IMG/VR virus record: IMGVR_UViG_3300037044_000005
Location: 1 to 42,886 of that record
Strand: one strand, 5' to 3'
Origin: a virus
Lineage: Duplodnaviria > Caudoviricetes
DNA: 42,886 nucleotides
Below, in pieces: positions 35,645 to 42,886 of this stretch (positions are counted from its first letter, which is position 1; each line of letters opens with the position of its first letter). Both the position numbers and the translations under genes were made by a program. The notes beneath the pieces were generated by a model. The model was not told where the DNA came from, ran no database searches, and saw only the letters and a list, made by a program, of their open reading frames with translations.

Positions 35645-37365
35645 TGGCAACCGTCGACATCATCATAAGAATGATAGACCAGACAGGGGGAGTGTCTAAT
35701 AAAACCGTTGCCAATCTAAAAGGCATGGCGACTACGCTTGCCACTGTCACGGCGGCGGCGGCAGCGGTGGGTATTGCCATAAAAAAAGCATTTGACCTCG
35801 GCAAAGAGGGGGCGATGCTTGAGTTTACGGCAACTAAGTTTGACCGCCTTTCCGAATCCATTGGCACTACTTCCGAAGCGTTGATGAAGGATTTGAAACA
35901 AGCGACAGGCGGGATTTATTCAGACATGGAATTAATGGCAAGCACAACCGACCTCGTCGGCTTGGGGCTTGCAAAGACGCACGATGAAGCGGTTCGGCTT
36001 GCGAAGGTTTCTGGCGGGCTGAATATGAACATGAATCAGTTGGTGCTTACCCTTACCAACATGACCACGATGCGCTTTGATGCTCTCGGCGTTTCCACTG
36101 ATGGTTTCAAAGAAAAAATAGCCGCGTTAGAAAAGCAGGGATATTCCACAAACGACGCATTCAAAGAGGCGTTTTTACAGCAAGCCGAAATGCAATTAGA
36201 AAAGGTGGGAAACGCCGCAGATACATCGGCGGGCGCTTTCATGCGTCTCGAAGCTCATATTAAAAATGTCGGGGATGAATCAAAGCGCAGTTTTTCTGCC
36301 GCGATGGCTCCTGCTATTGATAACTATATGGATCAGGTGGACAAGGCCAGCAAGCGCACCGAAGTCCTGTCTAAAGTAACAAACCTGACAAGCGAACAAA
36401 TCCGCCGCGCCTCCATGAGTAGCGCCGATTTTGCTCAAAACCTTGACAACTTAGTTAATGAATATATCCGCGCTGAAAACTACGGGCTGGCATGGGAAAA
36501 GGCGCTAGGGTTGACGAATCAGACAATAACGGAAGCCGCCGTAAATGTCGAAGCCTTATCAAAGGCAAACGAACAGCAATTAGATACCGCCATTCGACTC
36601 ACTGAGATGAACAGCGATTATGCCAAGTCCCAGCAGGATATTAAGGACGAAGTTGCTGAATTGATGGTTGAAAAAAGCAAGTTGTACGAGTGGGAAGTAG
36701 ACGACATCGAAACCATAAAAGGAAAAATCGACGAGCTTGACGCTGAATATAGCGAGAATGCCGAGAAACATAAAAAGCGGACGGATGCAATCCTGCTTGA
36801 TATGACGCTTGAAAAAATCGCCATGCTTGACGGCGTTGCTGGATTCAATGCAGCGGAAATGGAAAAGGCACTGGCGGTAGCGCAGACAATGGGTGCGGTG
36901 GAAGAAGCAGCGCTACGCGAGACACTAGCATTTGATGCGGTATCAACGGCGGTTGCGAATGGCACTGTAAAAATTCAGGACATGCAGCGCATTATCGAAT
37001 ACATGACGCAAAACGAGTGGACGGTGGAAGTAGCTGTACGGGTAAACGAGTTGGATCAGCTTCATGCGGCGCTTACTACTCAACAATCGAATGTATTCAA
37101 CGATTACGGCACGAGCGGAGATAGAAATCAGCACGCGGCGGGTGGGACTTTTCAGATTCCTATGTCCTATGGAAACGAAGGCTTCATGATGGGCGGCGGG
37201 GATTCTGCAAGCGGCGGGGAGCAATTGAAAATCATCCCGCGAGGTAGAGGTAATTCAGAAGAAAGAATGATTGCCCTGCTCGAACAGATTGCAAGCAAGC
37301 CGACCATTACCGCATACGCATTATCGCAGGCAGTGCGTGACGCGATTACAAGGGTGAGTAAATGA
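35644..37365 (+). CDS. tape measure protein
   Basis: 573 aa, Ala-rich and helical; follows the chaperones. Confidence 0.85.
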   Translation: MATVDIIIRMIDQTGGVSNKTVANLKGMATTLATVTAAAAAVGIAIKKAFDLGKEGAMLEFTATKFDRLSESIGTTSEALMKDLKQATGGIYSDMELMASTTDLVGLGLAKTHDEAVRLAKVSGGLNMNMNQLVLTLTNMTTMRFDALGVSTDGFKEKIAALEKQGYSTNDAFKEAFLQQAEMQLEKVGNAADTSAGAFMRLEAHIKNVGDESKRSFSAAMAPAIDNYMDQVDKASKRTEVLSKVTNLTSEQIRRASMSSADFAQNLDNLVNEYIRAENYGLAWEKALGLTNQTITEAAVNVEALSKANEQQLDTAIRLTEMNSDYAKSQQDIKDEVAELMVEKSKLYEWEVDDIETIKGKIDELDAEYSENAEKHKKRTDAILLDMTLEKIAMLDGVAGFNAAEMEKALAVAQTMGAVEEAALRETLAFDAVSTAVANGTVKIQDMQRIIEYMTQNEWTVEVAVRVNELDQLHAALTTQQSNVFNDYGTSGDRNQHAAGGTFQIPMSYGNEGFMMGGGDSASGGEQLKIIPRGRGNSEERMIALLEQIASKPTITAYALSQAVRDAITRVSK

Positions 37366-40247
37366 CAACCATTTTAATGGACATTTTTATCTATGTAGAC
37401 GGCGGCTGGACAAGCGTCTTAGCCGATACCCTTTCCGCAAGCGAGGCGTCTGCTGATTGGGGCATGGCTTCAAACAGGCCAGATGACAGAGTAGCAAAAA
37501 CAGGGACGCTTTCTTTCAGCCTGAAAAATCACACAGGCAAATACCTACCAGGCGGAGCGAGTGTCATCTCTGCGGATTGGGACAAAGGCACGAAAGTAAA
37601 AGTAGTATTCACCTTCAACGGGGAAAGTTGGGTACGCTTTTACGGCGTAGTGAATAAGCTGGACATCCTCAAGACGCCTAGCAATTCCGTTGTAAAAGTG
37701 TCGTGTGTGGACTGGCTGGACTACGCCGCAAAATATCCGCTGAGCAATCCCGCGATCCAGTTAGATAAAAGTATGGATGAAGTGATAACCACCGTCTTGG
37801 ACGCGATGCCAATTCCCCCACTGGCGCGGGATATTTCCACTGGCGTGAATGTGTTCCCTACCGTCTTTAACGATGCGTCTATGTTCACTTTGGGATTGTC
37901 TGAATTTTCAAAGATGGCAATTTCAGAGATGGGATACATATACGTCAAAAAAGATAAAACGTATGGCGAAACAATACGGGCAGAATCGGCGGCGTCCAGA
38001 GTTTTATCAACGCCTAGAAAACAAGTTGCCATATCGCAAGACCCAGGCTTTTTACTTCAAGAGAATGGCGATTTTCTTTTACAAGAGAACGGGGATAAAT
38101 TATTACTTGGTGGATACACCTTCGAGGACGTTGTTGTAAATAATAGCATGGAAGACATCGGCGTGGATTATGGCGAGAACCTGATAAACCGCCTAACCTT
38201 GACCGTCAACCCAACAAGAATCGACACAGTAGACACACAGCTTTATAGCATTGATTCACCCATCTACTTTGAGCCGTCGGCGGTGAAACAATTCAACGTA
38301 CAGTTTACAGAGCCGAACAGCAAACGACTTGTCGCAGCTTTACCGCCAGAGGACTCTTATCCTACCGCGCTATTGCATTTTGACGAAGCGGGAACAACTG
38401 GATTAATCTCGGACGATAGCGGGCGGGTGTGGTCAGACTTCGGCGTTGATCTGGTTTCCAATATCAAGTATCTAGGGTCACGAGCCGCATATTTTGACGG
38501 TAGTAATGCTTACGTCTATGCCCCCAGCGCGGACATATTCGAGTTTGGCAGTGATAACTTCACGGTGGAATGGTGGGAGTATCGCTTAGATGCGACGTCA
38601 GGTTATGCCACAATCCGCAGGAGCGACAGCGCAGGGTTCATCCCCTGGAAGTTTGGAGAGTCGGACGGTACAAACTCAAAGATTTACATCACGTCTAACG
38701 GCGCATCATGGGACATTGCCAACGGTAGGACGTTCGGAGCGATTGCAACACAGACATGGACACACTATTCAATCTGCCGAGTAGGAAATACTTTCTACGC
38801 CCGAAAGAACGGATTACTCACAGACACTTGGACTTCATCGGCAACGATTCTAGCTAGTACAGCCAGTTTGTATATCGGCGGCACCAGCACATGTATCAAC
38901 GCCATTATTGATGAGGTGCGGATTACCAAAGGCTTGGGGCGCTACGCCACGACATTCACCCCGCAGACAGAGCCTTACAGCCTGTCAGGTCTTATCTATT
39001 CCGCTTGGACAAATCGCGGCGGGGATGGCACGGAACTAACAGCGGATTTTGACATCACAGTTTCATACGGTGCGGCTGGCGCCACCCTGAACGTGACCAA
39101 CTCAGGCACGGTTGGCGGATGGCTCAATAATCTAAAGATATTCGGGAAGGTGGTAGAGAACACCAGTCCTATTTCAGACGTACAGGAAGACGCCGCCTCT
39201 ATTGCAAGATACAGCCACCATGAGTTGATTATCAATCAGGTGTACCAACAGGATTTCACGACAGGACGCGAGGAAGGCGCAAAGATTCTAGGGGAGAACA
39301 AGACGCCGCTTATCCGTGTAAATAATGTCACGATGAACGCGAATAAAAGCGAGGCACATACTCGCTACTTCCTAGAGACGGACGTGGGTGATGTGGTGAA
39401 AATCGTGGAGCCGACCACAGAAACCAATGCGGATTATTTCATTCAGGGTATGAACTGGAAGGCGTCGGCTGGAAATAACGGCGTGATTGTGGATTTTGGA
39501 TGGACGGTGAAGAAATTCCGCGAGGCTCTTTCCGCGCTGGCGATTCAGTTTGCAGACCTTACCACGAACGACAACTATCTAAACTTCGGGTATCAGGCGG
39601 CGGTATCTGCGGACAATGTGCCTTATCGGATTTGGTCGTACTGGTTCAAGTCCGCTCTATCCAGACAGGATGCCAGTCACATTACTACAAAAAGCGCCGC
39701 CGATGGGTCTGCTACTGGCAGGGGCTATACAATTTATACAGGTGCTACTGGGAGACTTTCTATTAATGCGAAATACGGAAATGTGATGAAGCAATGGAGA
39801 GCAGATAGCGCCATACCGAACGTTAACGACACATGGCATCACGTATTTATCGCCCATGATACCCGTTCCTCTGGCACGCCGATTATGTATGTCAACGGTT
39901 CTGCTGTAACGCCTTCTTTGATTTCCTCCACCACAACAGACAATGAGACTGAGGTGGGTACTGAGTTGAAAATCGGATACGGGGCACAAGACACCAGCAT
40001 GAAAGACATCCGCATTTACAACGGCGACCAGGTTGCCGACCCCGCAGCATTGGCGGTGGCTCTGTACGCTGAGACTCCATACGGGGATGCGAATACACGC
40101 GGCTTGTTATTCCGCACGTTCTACGCGCCAACAAACGAACTGGCAGATTACGAAGGCGATTACTTGACCGAAGACCAAAAGGTTTTTGATGACATCGGCT
40201 TTGCGGCGGGCACGCCAATAGATGACCCGCTCGGTGAAGCATTATAA
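37362..40247 (+). CDS. large tail tip/baseplate protein with LamG-like lectin domains
   Basis: LLHFD...FDG...FTVEWW...WTHYSI...IDEVRIT, and a second WHHVFI domain. Confidence 0.75.
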   Translation: MTTILMDIFIYVDGGWTSVLADTLSASEASADWGMASNRPDDRVAKTGTLSFSLKNHTGKYLPGGASVISADWDKGTKVKVVFTFNGESWVRFYGVVNKLDILKTPSNSVVKVSCVDWLDYAAKYPLSNPAIQLDKSMDEVITTVLDAMPIPPLARDISTGVNVFPTVFNDASMFTLGLSEFSKMAISEMGYIYVKKDKTYGETIRAESAASRVLSTPRKQVAISQDPGFLLQENGDFLLQENGDKLLLGGYTFEDVVVNNSMEDIGVDYGENLINRLTLTVNPTRIDTVDTQLYSIDSPIYFEPSAVKQFNVQFTEPNSKRLVAALPPEDSYPTALLHFDEAGTTGLISDDSGRVWSDFGVDLVSNIKYLGSRAAYFDGSNAYVYAPSADIFEFGSDNFTVEWWEYRLDATSGYATIRRSDSAGFIPWKFGESDGTNSKIYITSNGASWDIANGRTFGAIATQTWTHYSICRVGNTFYARKNGLLTDTWTSSATILASTASLYIGGTSTCINAIIDEVRITKGLGRYATTFTPQTEPYSLSGLIYSAWTNRGGDGTELTADFDITVSYGAAGATLNVTNSGTVGGWLNNLKIFGKVVENTSPISDVQEDAASIARYSHHELIINQVYQQDFTTGREEGAKILGENKTPLIRVNNVTMNANKSEAHTRYFLETDVGDVVKIVEPTTETNADYFIQGMNWKASAGNNGVIVDFGWTVKKFREALSALAIQFADLTTNDNYLNFGYQAAVSADNVPYRIWSYWFKSALSRQDASHITTKSAADGSATGRGYTIYTGATGRLSINAKYGNVMKQWRADSAIPNVNDTWHHVFIAHDTRSSGTPIMYVNGSAVTPSLISSTTTDNETEVGTELKIGYGAQDTSMKDIRIYNGDQVADPAALAVALYAETPYGDANTRGLLFRTFYAPTNELADYEGDYLTEDQKVFDDIGFAAGTPIDDPLGEAL

Positions 40248-40259
40248 GGAGATTTAGAA

Positions 40260-41024
40260 ATGGCTGATTCTGATATTAGTGGATTAACTGCAAACACTAC
40301 CCCCGCAGTGGGTGATTTACTGGCAATCGTTGACGACCCCGCAGGTTCAGCGGTAACTCAAAAAATTACCGCGTCCGATTTCCTGAAGGTTGTAAACGGA
40401 CTGACAGAGGATACAAGCCCCGATAACGCGGCGGATTTTCTTCTGTCCTACGATACAAGCGCAAGCGCGGCAAAGAAAGTCAAGCCTGAAAACATTGTAG
40501 TTAGTGGCGGCGGAAAAGGACGCGGGGAAATCCTGTCTTCGTCTGTGCCTTTGACGTTGGGCGCCCCGATTGGATTCATTGACAGCGGCTCATCCCCCGT
40601 TGATTCATTCCCCTACTTTGAGTTTGGGGATTCCGCGCTGGCGTATGTAGATTTTTATTGCCGATTGATGAATTATCAGGGCGGCGGGTTGACTGTTGAC
40701 TTTAACCTCTTGAGGACAACGGCGGCGGCGGCGGCTGGTTATTATTTTCAGGCTGCAATCCGCAGAATCGCTAATGCGTCGGATGATATTACCGCCTCAC
40801 ATACCTACGATTACAACAGTGTGACCGTCAACGTACCTGCTGGTCCGCCTGCGGCTGGTATTCCGATGGAAGGGACTATCACTTTCACAGACGGCGCGGA
40901 CATGGACAGCCTCGCGGATAATGAAATGTTCGTTTTACGTTTCAGACGCGACCCGACTCACGCAAACGATAACGCGGGTGATGCGGCGCGGGTGCTGGCT
41001 ACGATCACCATTCGGGAGACGTAA
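40260..41024 (+). CDS. tail fibre/receptor-binding-associated protein
   Basis: MADSDISGL..TP..GD...TQKIT N-terminal repeat; AAGGAG RBS. Confidence 0.6.
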   Translation: MADSDISGLTANTTPAVGDLLAIVDDPAGSAVTQKITASDFLKVVNGLTEDTSPDNAADFLLSYDTSASAAKKVKPENIVVSGGGKGRGEILSSSVPLTLGAPIGFIDSGSSPVDSFPYFEFGDSALAYVDFYCRLMNYQGGGLTVDFNLLRTTAAAAAGYYFQAAIRRIANASDDITASHTYDYNSVTVNVPAGPPAAGIPMEGTITFTDGADMDSLADNEMFVLRFRRDPTHANDNAGDAARVLATITIRET

Positions 41025-41026
41025 TC

Positions 41027-41701
41027 ATGGCTAGAGTATTTAACGGGTCAAGTCAGTATCTTTCTGCTTCATCGACTTTGCTTTCCAATGAGCCGATTGA
41101 TGTTGTTATGTTTGCAAACTCAGACACAACTACTGCGGCGCAGGTTGCCTTTTGTTTGGGGAACAATGGCGCAAGTGGTATGTACTCCATTTCATTTGAG
41201 GGTACTACGGGGGGCGACCCAATAAGAGGGCTGAAACAAAGTGACGCAGGCGCTAACGGTTTTGCAGATACTGCGTCCTATTCAGCCGCGACATGGTACG
41301 CAGTTTCCATGTCTTTAATATCTGATACGTCAAGAGCGATTTTTCTGAACGGAACAAAAACGGCGAATACAACCAACACCGCCGACCCCTCGCCCGACTT
41401 TATAACTATCGGGGCGTTACGGCGCTCATCTGTTGCCGCTTATTTTGATGGAAGTATATCTGAAACGTATATGCTTGATGTCAATATGTCAGACGCACAG
41501 CACGCTCTGGCTGGAAAAGGTATCTCCCCCTTCTGGCTTGTGCCTGGTAAGAACGTGCGGGCTTGGTATCCATTGCAGGGGCATAATAACAACAGGGTCA
41601 GGAACGGTTATCCTGACCTGTCTGCTACGGGAAGTCCTACTAATGGCACGCATCCTGCGCGGGTGATGCGTCCGAGGATAAATGGAGTTATGGCGGTGTA
41701 G
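41027..41701 (+). CDS. LamG/concanavalin-like tail protein
   Basis: FNGSSQYL...TWYAV...IGA...FDGSISE. Confidence 0.7.
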   Translation: MARVFNGSSQYLSASSTLLSNEPIDVVMFANSDTTTAAQVAFCLGNNGASGMYSISFEGTTGGDPIRGLKQSDAGANGFADTASYSAATWYAVSMSLISDTSRAIFLNGTKTANTTNTADPSPDFITIGALRRSSVAAYFDGSISETYMLDVNMSDAQHALAGKGISPFWLVPGKNVRAWYPLQGHNNNRVRNGYPDLSATGSPTNGTHPARVMRPRINGVMAV

Positions 41702-41885
41702 CGGCTTGTACGAGCGTCCGCCCAACGGTTTGCGTTAGGCGGCATTGACGTTTGCCAAAATATTTATAATGGCATTTAGGACACATGTAAATTTTTTTAT
41801 CTCCGCCAGATGCTAACTTTACATTGACGAGAATCGTATTTTCACTTTCGCAAGGGATGCCTCCCCAATACATTTCACATTTCAC
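41688..41885 (-). CDS. cassette L5 small Cys-rich protein
   Basis: GTG start after GAGG; CPKC motif. Confidence 0.55.
   Translation of the reverse strand: MKCEMYWGGIPCESENTILVNVKLASGGDKKIYMCPKCHYKYFGKRQCRLTQTVGRTLVQAATPP
41720..41740 (-). mobile_element. collapsed 21-bp attC remnant
   Basis: Minus strand reads GCCTAAC-GCAAACC-GTTGGGC. Confidence 0.7.
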
Positions 41886-41915
41886 TTTGCCTCACTTTCT
41901 CGTTGAGCGAGAGCC

Positions 41916-42033
41916 GCCCAATGGTTTGCTTTACCTGCCTGCGGCGGTCACAGCCAAGTAAACCGAGCCAACATATAAAGCGAATAAAATTACCGCCTGC
42001 CCAAAGCAGGTCAGGTGCAAGCGTGTGTTAGGT
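41916..42033 (-). mobile_element. attC site (118 bp; R' is ATTGGGC)
   Basis: ACCTAAC-ACACGC-TTGCACCTGACCTGC ... GCAGGCAGGTAAAGC-AAACC-ATTGGGC. Confidence 0.8.
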
Positions 42034-42161
42034 GGCGTCACATCTTCCAAAGTACCACCGAACATATCACGATAATCTTTCGCCGTTTGCTCATCCATTG
42101 GGACTGACTTCGCCCCATCTGGATAAATGACACGAAACTTTTTATATCTAGCAAAGAACAT
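41931..42161 (-). CDS. cassette L4 protein
   Basis: GGAGG RBS; the hydrophobic C-terminus is encoded inside the attC. Confidence 0.65.
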   Translation of the reverse strand: MFFARYKKFRVIYPDGAKSVPMDEQTAKDYRDMFGGTLEDVTPPNTRLHLTCFGQAVILFALYVGSVYLAVTAAGR

Positions 42162-42176
42162 AAATACCTCCGAGCC

Positions 42177-42268
42177 ACCTAACGGTTGGCGTTAGCGGTT
42201 GGCGGGTTGCGCCAGACTCGCTAATTTTTCGGACGAGTCCAGCCAATCCGCTGCACGCTTTGTTAGAC
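42177..42268 (-). mobile_element. attC site (92 bp)
   Basis: GTCTAAC-AAAGC-GTGCAGCGGATTGGC ... GCCAACCGCTAACGC-CAACC-GTTAGGT. Confidence 0.88.
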
Positions 42269-42272
42269 CCCG

Positions 42273-42596
42273 TTACCGACTTACAGATACTTCGGCGTCG
42301 GGATTTTCTTCGCAAGAGGCAAGATACTCTTGCACAAAAGATACAAGACCTTCGTAAGTTCCCCATCCATTTTCAGGATTGAATTTCTTGAAACGCTCAG
42401 GGTCGCTTTTGAGAAGTTCGAGACCAGCACGCAACGGCTCAATGAGTTGTTCGGCTTTGGTAATTTCAATTTCATCGGGTCGCCAAAGGTGCTTATAGAT
42501 ACCCGCCTCATCAGCCATTTTATTGAGGTTATGGGTGATATTTGCGCTATGTACCGTAGTGGGGCGAACAGCACGGAGATAAACATCGAGTGACAT
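42273..42596 (-). CDS. cassette L3 phage-type hypothetical protein
   Basis: AAAGGA RBS; NITHNL...NPENGWGTY motif; stops 5 nt before R''. Confidence 0.8.
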   Translation of the reverse strand: MSLDVYLRAVRPTTVHSANITHNLNKMADEAGIYKHLWRPDEIEITKAEQLIEPLRAGLELLKSDPERFKKFNPENGWGTYEGLVSFVQEYLASCEENPDAEVSVSR

Positions 42597-42629
42597 ATTT
42601 TTCCTTTCACACTGCCAAGCAAGGCAGGG

Positions 42630-42751
42630 GTCTAACGGTTATGCTTTACCTGCGCGCTTTGCGCTACGCTTTTCGATACGCCACGCACGTTTACGATAAG
42701 GCTTCTTTCTTGGCGCGGGCTTCAAAGCGTCAGGTGCAAGCTGGGTTGGGC
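42630..42751 (-). mobile_element. attC site (122 bp)
   Basis: GCCCAAC-CCAGC-TTGCACCTGACGC ... GCGCAGGTAAAGC-ATAACC-GTTAGAC. Confidence 0.82.
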
Positions 42752-42854
42752 GGCTGAGAAATTCAATGCCAGCCATGCAGATTTCTTGGTGATGCTCATG
42801 GCAGTAATGGAAACACGTGCGCTCTTTGCCACAATCTTTTTTTTCACACTTCAT
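42639..42854 (-). CDS. cassette L2 small Cys/His-rich protein
   Basis: AAGGAG RBS after the core site; the basic tail is encoded inside the attC. Confidence 0.65.
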   Translation of the reverse strand: MKCEKKDCGKERTCFHYCHEHHQEICMAGIEFLSRPTQLAPDALKPAPRKKPYRKRAWRIEKRSAKRAGKA

Positions 42855-42886
42855 AATTTCTCCTTGTTGAGCAGTCCGCCCAACGG

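Noticed and set aside
37362-41701. Diversity-generating retroelement targeting tail genes
   Set aside because: No reverse transcriptase and no template/variable repeat pair seen.
41720-42886. CRISPR array or REP-type repeats as an explanation for the recurring CCCAACGG/CTAACGG motifs
   Set aside because: The spacers are gene-sized and contain RBS plus ORF, and the repeats are bipartite with attC box structure.
1-42886. Host assignment (the lipoprotein, SH3b and GH25 style suggested Chloroflexota)
   Set aside because: Impression only; it cannot be supported without homology or spacer searches.

Overview
This is an apparently complete, probably circular ~42.9 kb tailed-phage genome with siphovirus-like gene content; the first and last 5 nt (AACGG) overlap. 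It has short leftward early genes, a non-coding RNA-rich switch region, a lambda O-like initiator with internal iterons, a DnaB-like helicase, a primase, two DNA methyltransferases, a lysis module, terminase, Mu-like head genes, two glycosyltransferase genes and a non-contractile tail. I recognise no integrase, transposase or CI-type repressor. The strongest unexpected signal is two arrays of integron-type gene cassettes: 5 on the minus strand across the contig ends and 2 on the plus strand at 14.3-15.7 kb. They have attC folds, cassette starts complementary to their own R'' box, and the same 47-bp head site, yet there is no IntI gene. Other notable signals are an unannotated -1 frameshift that extends a membrane protein over a cluster of CCTAGTGG repeats, tandem circularly permuted tRNA-like (YrlA-like) modules, and strong N-S-T sequon enrichment in virion proteins next to the glycosyltransferases. 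All product calls come from motif recognition and gene order only; no database search was run.
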